The position numbers were made by a program, and so were the translations under genes. This document shows positions 24,288-38,036 of a DNA stretch of 64,000 bases, piece by piece. The notes below the pieces were generated by a model that saw only the letters and a program-made list of their open reading frames with translations, ran no database searches and had not been told where the DNA came from. This DNA comes from Scyliorhinus canicula (lineage: Eukaryota), in NCBI RefSeq assembly GCF_902713615.1, contig NC_052176.1, forward strand, positions 10,182,243 through 10,246,242. Direction: 5' to 3'. Position 1 is the first letter of the stretch; the number at the start of each line of letters is the position of its first letter.

Positions 24288-25380
24288 CCGGTGTAATGAA
24301 CTCCAATTGGCTTTATTGGTTGGACAATTGGAGTATGAGCTCCCTCAGTGATAGCTGATTGAGGGGGCCCATATAATCAGCTGTGTAGGCTTTGTGAGCT
24401 AGTCTTAAGTTGACTGGACTGCTAGCAGCACTGTTTGCAGCTGCTCCTGTAATATCGTTATTGAAAATAAATATTGGTGTGGTGACTGAACTCCTGCCTC
24501 CCGTGGGTTACTACACCCGGGGTTTTCAAGCTCAGGGTCATGACCTGTGGGCAGATCTCGAGATGGTTTCAGAAGGGTGACGGTGATCCAAATCGTCAGA
24601 GGAATGGCCAATGGTCACGATTCGCACTTAAAAATGCCGGCAGTGATAAGACGTTAGAGATTGTCGGCCATTCTGCACATGTGCACTTTATGAAGTAGTG
24701 CGCAAGCCCGGAGCCCAGCAATGTGGACCGGCTCCTCCTGATGTTAGCGCGCTGTCCCGGGCCACTTTCTTTTCAGGAAATTATGCAGACCTCCCACCGG
24801 AAGTGGTGGCAGAGAGCAGGTCACACGCCTCATGCGCTGACATCACGTATTGTGGGCACGAGAGAGGTTCCTTCGTTTTGCTGCTGCCAGCAGTGCTGGT
24901 GTGACCTCCAGGGCCTCTGGTCAACTACCTGAAGATCCCTTGACGAAGCTGAAAACAGGAACAAAGCAGCACAAAGATGATTATTTGAGGGGTGGGTTTA
25001 TAAATTGTGCCACTGCAATCAGGAATCACATTTCATGGGTGTTACATGCAGGGAATTACTGGCAAATGAAAGATTAAAACCCTCAAAACGTCAGAGACAT
25101 TTGAAGACTTAGCATGGCGAGTTCGAGGACAAACTTCTGTAATTTTTTCCAATGGATGCAGTGAGATCTTAAATCATCAGCTGAAGCCATTATCAGAAAT
25201 GTAACATTGAATAACAAAGCAGTGAGATGGTGGGGACCAAGCAGGCTCACCTGTCACAAAGTGAAAATGGTGGTTCGCGAAAATCAGCTGGCAATGGTCG
25301 CAAAGGCCGGTCAGTGTGGGTCCCAAAGGCTGGTCAGTTGGTAAAAATGGGACCCCGGCAAAACAGTTTGATACACACTG
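24288..25380 (+). mobile_element. Internally deleted hAT transposon, Buster/Charlie type
   Basis: 8-bp TSD CCATAGGC (24280-24287, 25381-25388) with central TA. Termini CCGGGGTTTTCAAGCT / AGTTTGATACACACTG. BED-finger remnant YLRGGF...ELLANERLKPSKRQRHLKT*H at ~24980-25150. Confidence 0.85.
24292..24515 (+). mobile_element. Solo LTR (224 bp)
   Basis: TGTA...TACA termini, 5-bp TSD CCCGG (24287-24291, 24516-24520), TATAA at 24372, AATAAA at 24466. Confidence 0.85.
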
Positions 25381-28300
25381 CCATAGGCTTTCTTAACCAT
25401 TGTATCCAGCTGCTCTGCTACCTTAAGATACTGGTGTCCATGCACACCAAGATCCCTCCGGTCCTTAGTGCTTCCCAGCATCCTGCCATTTATCATGTAT
25501 TCTCTTGTCTTGTTTGTCCTGCCCAAGTGCATCTCTTCCAGATTGAATTCCATTTGCCACTGATCAGTCCATCTGTGTCCTCCTGTATTTGAAGGCTATC
25601 CTCCTCAATATTTACCACCCAAGCAAATTTCATATCATCAGCAAACTTACTGATCAACCCTCCTATATTCATATCTAAAGCATTTATCTGAACCACAAAC
25701 AGCACGGGCCTCAACACTGATCCCTGTGGGAACCCACTGGACACAGTTTTCCAGTCAGAAAAACACAACTCCACCAACAGCCTCTGCTTCCGGCCACTCA
25801 GCCAATTTTGGATCCAATTTGCCAAATTGCCTCAGGTCCCACAGGCTGTGACCTTCGCTGTCAGTCTCCCATGTGGGACCTTATCAAAAGCCTTGCTGAA
25901 GTCCAAGTAGACTACGTCAAAATGCATTTCACTGATATACACCCCTGTTCACCTCTTTGAAAAATTCAATCAAGTTGGTCAGACATGTCCTCCCCTTAAC
26001 AAAACCATGCTGACTGTTCCTGATTAATCCCTACCTCTACAAATGCAGATTAATTCTGTGTCTCAGAATTGCTTCCAATAGTTTCCCCATCACTCGGGTT
26101 AGACTGCTTGGCCTGTAGTTTCCTGGTTTATCCTTTCCTCCCTTCTTCAATAATGGTACCACATTGGCAATCCTCCAGTCTGCCAGCGCCTCTCCTGTGG
26201 CCAGAGAGAAATTGAAAATTATTGCCAGTGCCCCTGCTATTTCCCCCTTGCCTCACTCAGCAGCCTGGGATACATTTCATCTGGCCCTGGAGCTTTGTCT
26301 ACTTTTAAGCCTCCCACTCAGAACATCCTCTCTGTCCATATTAACCTCTTATTACTGTACCCACACTGTCCTTCTCACAGGTGGACACCGACACAAAATA
26401 CTCATTCCGAACCCTACCTCCATCCTCCAGTTCAACACACAAGTTACCACTGTGCTCTGTCATGGGCCCTACTCTGTCCTGAATTATCATTTTACCGTTA
26501 ATGTACTTGTAAAACAACTTTATTTTACGTGCATGTTTCTTTTCAAGCCCCCTTTTCGCTCTCCTAATTTCTGTTTTCAGTTCCCTCTGGCACATTCTGT
26601 ACACCTCGAGAGCTTCTGCTGTTTTGAGCCATCGATATCTCCCACAAGCCTCCCCTTTTCTACTGATCCAACGCTGTATATCCCTCAATATCCATGGTTG
26701 ACTGGATTTGTTGGTCCCACCTTTTTCTTGATTGGAACATGTTGGCCCTGTACTCTCCCTATTTCCTTGTTGAATGTGCCCCACTGTTCTGTCACAGATT
26801 TACCTTAAGTTCTCTGCTCCCTATCTACTCTGGCCAAATCATATCTGATCTTATTAAAATCAGCCTTCCTCCAATCGAGAACTTTGATCTATCCATCCAT
26901 GTCCTTTCCCAGAACTATCTTGTACTGAATGAATTATGATCACTGTCTGCAAAATGCTCCCTCAACGATAAATCAACCACTTGCCCAGCTTAGTTACTGA
27001 AAATGAAGTCCAAGACCCCCTGTCTGGTCTGACCTTCTACGTATTGACTTAAAAAGTTCTCCGGGATGCATTTTACGAATTGCACTCCCTTTAAACCGTT
27101 CACACTATGACTACCCCAGTTCGTATTGAGGAGGTTGTAATCCCCCACTATCACACCCCTATTACTTTTCCACTTCTCTGAAATTTACTTACATATTTGC
27201 TCTTCTATTTCTCTCGGATAGTTCGGGGGCCTATGGAACACTCCAGCAATGTTCCTTTTTGGTTTTTAAGTTCTACCCATTTGGCTTCAGTTGAAGAGCT
27301 TTCTAAGATGCCATCTCTCCCTCCTGATGTAATTCATTCCTCGATCAAAATTGCGACACCCTCTCCTCTTTTACCTCCTGCCCTATCTCCCCTGGAGATC
27401 CTGTTGAGCTTCCATCCTTCCCCCCCTCCCAACCGTGATTCAGTGACAGCAAATACATCATAACCGCATGTTCTCACTTCATCTACCTTGTTCGTCAGAC
27501 TCGCAATCTCGCTGTGGTATATACCGCATACTTACTGTTTACAATTCAGTTAGCGGTTTGTGTGTGTGTGGGAGTTTTATCCTCAATGTCCCTGTGATAT
27601 ATAACACATTTTACTGCTTACTGATCAGATATTGATGAGTAACTGTGTGTTCGTATGTGTGAGAGAGTCGTCATGAATGTGTGCGAAAGTGTGTATTACC
27701 CTCACTGTCTCTCTTTGATACATCACACATATTTTATTGCTTACTGTGTGAGTGTGTGCGTGCGTGCGAGAGAGAGAGAGAGTGTGGGAGAATGTGTGTG
27801 AGAGTGTGTGATTGCGAGAGCGAATGTGTGTGTGTGTGTATGTGTCAGTTTTCCCCTCACTGCCTCTGTGATATATAATGCATATATTAGTGTCTGCTGC
27901 TCAGTTACTGGGATGTGAGAGTGTGTGTGTGAGAGAGAGAGACAGCGCGTGTGTGTGAGAGAACATGTGTGTGAGAGAGTAAGCGCATGTGTGTTTATGT
28001 GAAAGAGTGCGTATGTGTGAGAATGTGTGTGTGAGCATATTTGTGAGAGGGTGCACCTCTGTGCATTTTAACCTCATTGTCTGTGATATATGATGCAAAT
28101 TTTACGATTTATTGCTCAGTTACTGTTGTGTCAGAGAGCATGTGAGAATCAGAAAGTGTGTGACTATGAAAGAGTGTAAGAGTGTGTGAGGGACTGTGTA
28201 CAAGAGTATGTGTTAGTCTGTGTGAGGCAGTGAGTGAGTGTGAGAAATAGTCTGCAGGAGTGTGAGTGTGTGGGGAGAGAGTGTGTGTGCTTTACCTTCA

Positions 28301-28499
28301 TTGTCTCTCTGTGATATATAACATATTTTACTGGTGTGCAAGTGTGTGTTCATCCTCACTGCCTGTCTATCATATATAACATTTTACTGCTTACTGCTGA
28401 GTTACTGAAGTGTGAGAGTGGCGAGAGTGTATTTTACCCTCACTGTCCCTGTGCAGTCTATAATGCATATTTAACTGCTGACTGCTCAGTGACTGGTGG

Positions 28500-31400
28500 G
28501 TGTGAGAGAGAGAGAGAGAGCCTGAGTGTGTGTGAGAGAGCCTGAGTGTGTGTGAGAGAGCCTGAGTGTGTGTGAGAGAGCCTGAGTGTGTGAGAGAGCC
28601 GGAGTGTGTGTGAGAGAGCCTGAGTGCGTGTGTGTGAGAGAGCCTGAGTGTGAGAGAGAGCCTGAGTGTGTGAGAGAGAGCCTGAGTGTGTGAGAGAGAG
28701 CCTGAGTGTGTGAGAGAGAGCCTGAGTGTGTGTGAGAGAGCCTGAGTGTGTGTGTGAGAGAACCTGAGAGTGTGTGTGAGAGAACCTGAGTGTGAGAGAG
28801 AGCCTGAGTGTGTGAGAGAGAGCCTGAGTGTGTGAGAGAGCCTGAGTGTGTGTGAGAGAGCCTGAGTGTGTGTGAGAGAGCCTGAGTGTGTGTGAGAGAG
28901 CCTGAGTGTGTGTGAGAGAGCCTGAGTGTGTGTGAGAGAGCCTGAGTGTGTGTGAGAGAGCCTGAGTGTGTGTGAGAGAGCCTGAGTGTGTGTGAGAGAG
29001 CCTGAGTGTGTGTGAGAGAGCCTGAGTGTGTGTGTGAGAGAGCCTGAGTGTGTGTGAGAGAGCGTGAGTGTGTGTGAGAGCCTGAGTGTGTGTGAGAGAG
29101 CCTGAGTGTGTGTGAGAGAGAGCCTGAGTGTGTGCTAGAGATAGTGTTTGAATGATAGAGTGAGAGTGTGAGGTGTGTTTTGTGTCATTGTTTCTCTGTG
29201 ATATATAACAAATTTTTAGTGCTTACTGGTGTGTGTGTGATAGAGAGTGTGAGTGAAATGAAATGACATGAAAATCGCTTATTGTCACGAGTAGGCTTCA
29301 ATGAAGTTACTGTGAAAAGCCCCTAGTCGCCACATTCCGGCACCTGTTTGGGGAGGCTGGTACGGGAGTGTGTGTGTGTATCTGAGTGTGTGTTCTATCT
29401 TTGCTTTCACTCGGTGGTATGTAACACATATTTTACAGCTTACTGTTCAGTTGCTGGAGTGTGTGTGAGTGAGTGTGTGATAGGGAGAGTATGAGCGGAA
29501 GTGTGTACACATGGGCATCAGTTTTCTCCTCACTGTCTCCGTGATATAGAATTCATATATTACTGTCTGCTGCTCAGTTACTGGTATGTTTGAGAGTGGG
29601 TGTGTGTGAGAGAGTGGGTGTGTGTGAGAGAGTGGGTGTGTGTGAGAGAGTGGGTGTGTGTGAGAGAGTGGGTGTGTGTGTGAGAGAGAGTGGGTGTGTG
29701 TGTGAGAGAGAGTGGGTGTGTGTGAGAGAGTGGGTGTGTGTGAGAGAGTGGGTGTGTGTGAGAGAGTGGGTGTGTGTGAGAGAGTGGGTGTGTGAGAGAG
29801 AGTGGGTGTGTGTGAGAGAGTGGGTGTGTGTGAGAGAGTGGGTGTGTGTGAGAGAGTGGGTGTGTGTGAGAGAGTGGGTGTGTGTGAGAGAGTGGGTGTG
29901 TGTGAGAGAGTGGGTGTGTGAGAGAGAGTGGGTGTGAGAGAGAGAGTGGGTGTGTGTGAGAGAGTGGGTGTGTGAGAGAGAGTGGGTGTGTGTGAGAGAG
30001 TGGGTGTGTGTGAGAGAGTGGGTGTGTGTGAGAGAGAGTGGGTGTCTGTGAGAGAGAGTGGGTGTGTGAGAGAGTGGGTGTCTGTGAGAGAGAGTGGGTG
30101 TGTGAGAGAGAGTGGGTGTGAGAGAGAGAGAGTGGCTGTCTGTGAGAGAGTGGGTGTCTGTGAGAGAGTGGGTGTCTGTGAGAGAGAGTGGGTGTGTGTG
30201 AGAGAGAGTGGGTGTGTGTGAGAGAGTGGGTGTCTGTGAGAGAGTGGGTGTCTGTGAGAGAGTGGGTGTCTGTGAGAGAGTGGGTGTCTGTGAGAGAGTG
30301 GGTGTCTGTGAGAGAGTGGGTGTGTGCGAGAGAGAAAGTGGGTGTGTGTGAGAGAGAGTGGGTGTCTGTGAGAGAGAGTGGGTGTATGTGAGAGAGTGGG
30401 TGTCTGTCAGAGAGTGGGTGTGTGAGAGAGAGAGTGGGTGTGTGTGAGAGAGAGTGGGTGTCTGTGAGAGAGTGGGTGTGTGAGAGAGAGTGGGTGTCTG
30501 TGAGAGAGAGTGGGTGTGTGTGAGAGAGTGGGTGTGTGTGAGAGAGGGTGGGTGTGTGAGAGAGAGAGTGGGTGTGAGAGAGAGAGTGGGTGTGTGTGAG
30601 AGAGTGGGTGTGTGAGAGAGAGTGGGTGTGTGTGAGAGAGTGGGTGTGTGTGAGAGAGTGGGTGTGTGTGAGAGAGAGTGGGTGTCTGTGAGAGAGAGTG
30701 GGTGTGTGAGAGAGAGTGGGTGTGTGAGAGAGAGTGGGTGTGTGAGAGAGAGTGGGTGTGAGAGAGAGAGAGTGGCTGTCTGTGAGAGAGTGGGTGTCTG
30801 TGAGAGAGTGGGTGTCTGTGAGAGAGAGTGGGTGTGTGTGAGAGAGAGTGGGTGTGTGTGAGAGAGTGGGTGTGTGTGAGAGAGTGGGTGTGTGTGAGAG
30901 AGTGGGTGTGTGTGAGAGAGTGGGTGTGTGTGAGAGAGTGGGTGTGTGAGAGAGAGTGGGTGTGTGAGAGAGAGTGGGTGTGTGAGAGAGAGAGTGGGTG
31001 TGTGTGAGAGAGTGGGTGTCTGTGAGAGAGTGGGTTGTGAGGAGTGGTCTGTGAGAGAGTGGGTGTCTGTGAGAGAGTGGGTGTCTGTGAGAGAGTGGGT
31101 GTCTGTGAGAGAGTGGGTGTCTGTGAGAGAGTGGGTGTCTGTGAGAGAGTGGGTGTGTGAGAGAGAGAGAGGGTGTGAGAGAGAGTGGGTGTCTGTGAGA
31201 GAGAGTGGGTGTATGTGAGAGAGTGGGTGTCTGTCAGAGAGTGGGGTGTGTGAGAGAGAGAGTGGGTGTGTGTGAGAGAGAGTGGGTGTCTGTGAGAGAG
31301 TGGGTGTGTGAGAGAGAGTGGGTGTCTGTGAGAGAGAGTGGGTGTGTGTGGAGAGAGTGGGTGTGTGTGAGAGAGGGTGGGTGTGTGAGAGAGAGGAGTG

Positions 31401-34400
31401 GGTGTGTGTGTGAGAGAGTGGGTGTGTGTGTGAGAGAGTGGGTGTGTGTGAGAGAGTGGGTGTGTGTGAGAGAGTGGGTGGTGTGTGAGAGAGTGGGTGT
31501 GTGTGAGAGAGAGTGGGTGTGTGTGAGAGAGTGGGTGTGTGTGAGAGAGTGGGTGTGTGTGAGAGAGTGGGTGTGTGTGTGAGAGAGAGTGGGTGTGTCT
31601 GAGAGAGGGGTGTGTGTGAGAGAGTGGGTGTGTGAGAGAGAGTGGATGTGTGTGAGAGAGAGTGGTTGTGTATGAGAGAGTGGGTGTGTGTGAGAGAGGG
31701 GTGGTGTGTGAGAGAGTGGGTGGTGTGAGAGAGCCTGAGTGTGTGTGTGAGAGAGCCTGAGTGTGTGTGAGAGAGCCTGAGTGTGTGTGTGAGAGAGCCT
31801 GAGTGTGAGTGAGAGAGCCTGAGAGTGTGTGAGAGAGAGCCTGAGTGTGTGCTAGAGATAGTGTTTGAATGATAGAGTGAGAGTGTGAGGTGTGTTTTGT
31901 GTCATTGTTTCTCTGTGATATATAACAAATATTTTAGTGCTTACTGGTGTGTGTGTGATAGAGAGTGTGAGTGAAATGAAATGACATGAAAATCGCTTAT
32001 TGTCACGAGTAGGCTTCAATGAAGTTACTGTGAAAAGCCCCTAGTCGCCACATTCCGGCACCTGTTTGGGGAGGCTGGTACGGGAGTGTGTGTGTGTATC
32101 TGAGTGTGTGTTCTATCTTTGCTTTCACTCGGTGGTATGTAACACATATTTTACAGCTTACTGTTCAGTTGCTGGAGTGTGTGTGAGTGAGTGTGTGATA
32201 GGGAGAGTATGAGCGGAAGTGTGTACACATGGGCATCAGTTTTCTCCTCACTGTCTCCGTGATATAGAATTCATATATTACTGTCTGCTGCTCAGTTACT
32301 GGTATGTTTGAGAGTGGGTGTGTGTGAGAGAGTGGGTGTGTGCTGAGAGAGAGAGTGGGTGTGTGTGAGAGAGTGGGGTGTGTGTGAAGAGAGTGGTGTT
32401 TGTGAGAGAGTGGGTGTGTGTGAGAGAGAGTGGGTGGTGTGTGAGAGAGAGTGGTGTGTGTGTGAGAGAGAGTGGGTGTGTGTGAGAGAGTGGGTGGTGT
32501 GAGAGAGTGGGTGTGTGTGAGAGAGGGGGTGTGTGTGAGAGAGTGGGTGTGTGAGAGAGAGTGGGTGTGTGTGAGGAGGTGGGTGTGTGTGAGAGAGTGG
32601 GTGTGTGTGAGAGAGTGGGTGTGTGTGAGAGAGTGGGTGTGTGTGAGAGAGTGGGTGTGTGAGAGAGAGTGGGTGTGAGAGAGAGAGTGGGTGTGTGTGA
32701 GAGAGTGGGTGGTGTGAGAGAGAGGGGTGTGTGTGAGAGAGTGGGTGGTGTGAGAGTGAGTGGGTGTGTGTGAGAGAGTGGGTGGGTGTCTGCTGAGAGA
32801 GAGTGGGTGTGTGAGAGAGAGTGGGTGTCTGTGAGAGAGAGTGGGTGTGTGAGAGAGAGTGGGTGTGAGAGAGAGAGAGTGGCTGTCTGTGAGAGAGTGG
32901 GTGTCTGTGAGAGAGAGTGGGTGTGTGAGAGAGAGTGGGTGTGTGAGAGAGAGTGGGTGTGTGAGAGAGAGTGGGTGTGTGTGAGAGAGTGGGTGTGTGT
33001 GAGAGAGAGTGGGTGTCTGTGAGAGAGAGTGGGTGTGTGAGAGAGAGTGGGTGTGTGAGAGAGAGTGGGTGTGTGAGAGAGAGTGGGTGTGAGAGAGAGA
33101 GAGTGGCTGTCTGTGAGAGAGTGGGTGTCTGTGAGAGAGTGGGTGTCTGTGAGAGAGAGTGGGTGTGTGTGAGAGAGAGTGGGTGTGTGTGAGAGAGTGG
33201 GTGTGTGTGAGAGAGTGGGTGTGTGTGAGAGAGTGGGTGTGTGTGAGAGTGGGTGTGTGTGAGAGAGTGGGTGTGTGAGAGAGAGTGGGTGTGTGAGAGA
33301 GAGTGGGTGTGTGAGAGAGAGAGTGGGTGTGTGTGAGAGAGTGGGTGTCTGTGAGAGAGGGTGTCTGTGAGAGAGTGGGTGTCTGTGAGAGAGTGGGTGT
33401 CTGTGAGAGAGTGGGTGTCTGTGAGAGAGTGGGTGTCTGTGAGAGAGTGGGTGTGTGAGAGAGAGAGTGGGTGTGTGTGAGAGAGAGTGGGTGTCTGTGA
33501 GAGAGAGTGGGTGTATGTGAGAGAGTGGGTGTCTGTCAGAGAGTGGGTGTGTGAGAGAGAGAGTGGGTGTGTGTGAGAGAGAGTGGGTGTCTGTGAGAGA
33601 GTGGGTGTGTGAGAGAGAGTGGGTGTCTGTGAGAGAGAGTGGGTGTGTGTGAGAGAGTGGGTGTGTGTGAGAGAGGGTGGGTGTGTGAGAGAGAGTGGGT
33701 GTGTGTGAGAGAGTGGGTGTGTGTGTGAGAGAGTGGGTGTGTGTGAGAGAGTGGGTGTGTGTGAGAGAGTGGGTGTGTGTGAGAGAGTGGGTGTGTGAGA
33801 GAGAGTGGGTGTGTGTGAGAGAGTGGGTGTGTGTGAGAGAGTGGGTGTGTGTGAGAGAGTGGGTGTGTGTGTGAGAGAGAGTGGGTGTGTCTGAGAGAGT
33901 GGGTGTGTGTGAGAGAGTGGGTGTGTGAGAGAGAGTGGATGTGTGTGAGAGAGAGTGGGTGTGTATGAGAGAGTGGGTGTGTGTGAGAGAGTGGGTGTGT
34001 GTGAGAGAGTGGGTGTGTGTGAGAGAGCCTGAGTGTGTGTGAGAGAGCCTGAGTGTGTGTGTGAGAGAGCCTGAGTGTGTGTGTGAGAGAGCCTGAGTGT
34101 GTGTGAGAGAGCCTGAGAGTGTGTGAGAGAGAGCCTGAGTGTGTGCTAGAGATAGTGTTTGAATGATAGAGTGAGAGTGTGAGGTGTGTTTTGTGTCATT
34201 GTTTCTCTGTGATATATAACAAATTTTTAGTGCTTACTGGTGTGTGTGTGATAGAGAGTGTGAGTGAAATGAAATGACATGAAAATCGCTTATTGTCACG
34301 AGTAGGCTTCAATGAAGTTACTGTGAAAAGCCCCTAGTCGCCACATTCCGGCACCTGTTTGGGGAGGCTGGTACGGGAGTGTGTGTGTGTATCTGAGTGT

Positions 34401-37400
34401 GTGTTCTATCTTTGCTTTCACTCGGTGGTATGTAACACATATTTTACAGCTTACTGTTCAGTTGCTGGAGTGTGTGTGAGTGAGTGTGTGATAGGGAGAG
34501 TATGAGCGGAAGTGTGTACACATGGGCATCAGTTTCTCCTCACTGTCTCCGTGATATAGAATTCATATATTACTGTCTGCTGCTCAGTTACTGGTATGTT
34601 TGAGAGTGGGTGTGTGTGAGAGAGTGGGTGTGTGTGAGAGAGTGGGTGTGTGTGAGAGAGTGGGTGTGTGTGAGAGAGTGGGTGTGTGTGAGAGAGTGGG
34701 TGTGTGTGTGAGAGAGAGTGGGTGTGTGTGTGAGAGAGAGTGGGTGTGTGTGTGAGAGAGAGTGGGTGTGTGTGTGAGAGTGGGTGTGTGTGAGAGAGTG
34801 GGTGTGTGTGAGAGAGTGGGTGTGTGTGAGAGAGTGGGTGTGTGAGAGAGTGGGTGTGTGTGAGAGAGTGGGTGTGTGTGAGAGAGTGGGTGTGTGTGAG
34901 AGAGTGGGTGTGTGTGAGAGAGTGGGTGGTGTGAGAGAGTGGGTGTGTGAGAGAGAGTGGGTGTGAGAGAGAGAGTGGGTGTGTGGAGAGAGTGGGTGTG
35001 TGAGAGAGAGTGGGTGTGTGTGAGAGAGTGGGTGTGTGTGAGAGAGTGGGTGTGTGTGAGAGAGAGTGGGTGTCTGTGAGAGAGAGTGGGTGTGTGTGAG
35101 AGAGTGGGTGTCTGTGAGAGAGAGTGGGTGTGTGAGAGAGAGTGGGTGTGAGATAGAGAGAGTGGCTGTCTGTGAGAGAGTGGGTGTCTGTGAGAGAGTG
35201 GGTGTCTGTGAGAGAGAGTGGTGTGTGTGAGAGAGAGTGGGTGTGTGTGAGAGAGTGGGTGTCTGTGAGAGAGTGGGTGTCTGTGAGAGAGTGGGTGTCT
35301 GTGAGAGAGTGGGTGTCTGTGAGAGAGTGGGTGTCTGTGAGAGAGTGGGTGTGTGTGAGAGAGTGGGTGTGTGCGAGAGAGAAAGTGGGTGTGTGTGAGA
35401 GAGAGTGGGTGTCTCTGAGAGAGAGTGGGTGTATGTGAGAGAGTGGGTGTCTGTCAGAGAGTGGGTGTGTGAGAGAGAGAGTGGGTGTGTGTGAGAGAGA
35501 GTGGGTGTCTGTGAGAGAGTGGGTGTGTGAGAGAGAGTGGGTGTCTGTGAGAGAGAGTGGGTGTGTGTGAGAGAGTGGGTGTGTGTGAGAGAGGGTGGGT
35601 GTGTGAGAGAGAGAGTGGGTGTGAGAGAGAGAGTGGGTGTGTGTGAGAGAGTGGGTGTGTGAGAGAGAGTGGGTGTGTGTGAGAGAGTGGGTGTGTGTGA
35701 GAGAGTGGGTGTGTGTGAGAGAGAGTGGGTGTCTGTGAGAGAGAGTGGGTGTGTGAGAGAGAGTGGGTGTGTGAGAGAGAGTGGGTGTGTGAGAGAGAGT
35801 GGGTGTGTGAGAGAGAGTGGGTGTGAGAGAGAGAGAGTGGCTGTCTGTGAGAGAGTGGGTGTCTGTGAGAGAGTGGGTGTCTGTGAGAGAGAGTGGGTGT
35901 GATAGTGTGTGTGTGAGAGAGAGTGGGTGTGTGGAGAGAGGGGGGGTGTGAGAGAGTGGGTGTGTGTGAGAGAGTGGGTGTGTGTGAGAGAGTGGGGTGT
36001 GTGAGAGAGTGGGTGTGTGTGAGAGAGTGGGTGTGTGTGAGAGAGTGGGTGTTTGAGAGAGAGTGGGTGTGTGAGAGAGAGTGGGTGTGTGAGAGAGAGA
36101 GTGGGTGTGTGTGAGAAGTGGGTGTCTGTGAGAGAGTGGGGTCTGTGAGAGAGTGGGTGTCTGTGAGAGAGTGGGTGTCTGTGAGAGAGTGGGTGTCTGT
36201 GAGAGAGTGGGTGTGTGAGAGAGAGAGTGGGTGTGTGTGAGAGAGAGGGTGTCTGTGAGAGAGAGTGGGTGTATGTGAGAGAGTGGGTGTCTGTCAGAGA
36301 GTGGTGTGTGAGAGAGAGAGTGGGTGTGTGTGAGAGAGAGTGGGTGTCTGTGAGAGAGTGGGTGTGTGAGAGAGAGTGGGTGTCTGTGAGAGAGAGTGGG
36401 TGTGTGTGAGAGAGTGGGTGTGTGTGAGAGAGGGTGGGTGTGTGAGAGAGAGAGTGGGTGTGTGTGAGAGAGTGGGTGTGTGTGTGAGAGAGTGGGTGTG
36501 TGTGAGAGAGTGGGTGTGTGTGAGAGAGTGGGTGTGTGTGAGAGAGTGGGTGTGTGAGAGAGAGTGGGTGTGTGTGAGAGAGTGGGTGTGTGTGAGAGAG
36601 TGGGTGTGTGTGAGAGAGTGGGTGTGTGTGAGAGAGTGGGTGTGTGTGAGAGAGTGGGTGTGTGTGAGAGAGTGGGTGTGTGTGAGAGAGTGGGTGTGTG
36701 AGAGAGAGTGGGTGTGTGAGAGAGAGTGGGTGTGTGAGAGAGAGTGGGTGTGTGAGAGAGAGTGGGTGTGTGAGAGAGAGTGGGTGTGTGAGAGAGAGTG
36801 GGTGTGTGAGAGAGAGTGGGTGTGTGTGAGAGAGAGTGGGGTGTGTGAGAGAGTGGGTGTGTGTGAGAGAGTGGGTGTGTGTGAGAGAGTGGGTGTGTGT
36901 GAGAGAGAGAGTGGGTGTGTGTGAGAGTGGGTGTGTGTGAGAGAGTGGGTGTGTGTGAGAGAGTGGGTGTGTGTGAGAGAGTGGGTGTGTGTGTGAGAGA
37001 GAGTGGGTGTGTGTGAGAGAGTGGGTGTGTGTGAGAGAGTGGGTGTGTGAGAGAGAGTGGATGTGTGTGAGAGAGAGTGGGTGTGTATGAGAGAGTGGGT
37101 GTGTGTGAGAGAGTGGGTGTGTGTGAGAGAGTGGGTGTGTGTGAGAGAGCCTGAGTGTGTGTGAGAGAGCCTGAGTGTGTGTGTGAGAGAGCCTGAGTGT
37201 GTGTGTGAGAGAGCCTGAGTGTGAGTGAGAGAGCCTGAGAGTGTGTGAGAGAGAGCCTGAGTGTGTGCTAGAGATAGTGTTTGAATGATAGAGTGAGAGT
37301 GTGAGGTGTGTTTTGAGTCATTGTTTCCCTGTGATATATAACAAATTTTTACTGCTTACTGGTGTGTGTGTGATAGAGAGTGTGAGTGAAATGAAATGAC

Positions 37401-37536
37401 ATGAAAATCGCTTATTGTCACGAGTAGGCTTCAATGAAGTTACTGTGAAAAGCCCTAGTCGCCACATTCCGGCACCTGTTTGGGGAGGCTGGTACGGGAG
37501 TGTGTGTGTGTATCTGAGTGTGTGTTCTATCTTTGC
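28500..37536 (+). repeat. Higher-order satellite: 18-bp (GAGAGAGTGGGTGTGTGT) and 20-bp (GAGAGAGCCTGAGTGTGTGT) arrays plus a ~455-bp SINE-containing spacer, macro-period 2.3-3.1 kb
   Basis: The spacer starts (GCTAGAGATAGTGTTTG) at 29134, 31851, 34145 and 37267. Confidence 0.95.
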
Positions 37537-38036
37537 NNNNNNNNNNNNNNNNNNNNNNNNNNNNNNNNNNNNNNNNNNNNNNNNNNNNNNNNNNNNNNNN
37601 NNNNNNNNNNNNNNNNNNNNNNNNNNNNNNNNNNNNNNNNNNNNNNNNNNNNNNNNNNNNNNNNNNNNNNNNNNNNNNNNNNNNNNNNNNNNNNNNNNNN
37701 NNNNNNNNNNNNNNNNNNNNNNNNNNNNNNNNNNNNNNNNNNNNNNNNNNNNNNNNNNNNNNNNNNNNNNNNNNNNNNNNNNNNNNNNNNNNNNNNNNNN
37801 NNNNNNNNNNNNNNNNNNNNNNNNNNNNNNNNNNNNNNNNNNNNNNNNNNNNNNNNNNNNNNNNNNNNNNNNNNNNNNNNNNNNNNNNNNNNNNNNNNNN
37901 NNNNNNNNNNNNNNNNNNNNNNNNNNNNNNNNNNNNNNNNNNNNNNNNNNNNNNNNNNNNNNNNNNNNNNNNNNNNNNNNNNNNNNNNNNNNNNNNNNNN
38001 NNNNNNNNNNNNNNNNNNNNNNNNNNNNNNNNNNNN
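37537..38036. other. Assembly gap (500 N)
   Basis: Run of N. Confidence 1.

Larger units (their letters stand above)
24185..27480 (-). mobile_element. Decayed CR1 ORF2 (endonuclease to RT), host of nested insertions
   Basis: WIQNWLSGRKQR...SGFPQGSVL.PVLF...SKFADD. The sequence is continuous across the hAT insertion (24287/25389). Confidence 0.85.

Noticed and set aside
24980-25150. Domesticated ZBED/SCAND3-like gene
   Set aside because: Short, stop- and frameshift-containing remnant bounded by TIRs and a TSD.
29590-36924. VREWVC/CERVGV ORFs
   Set aside because: Products of the 18-bp satellite.
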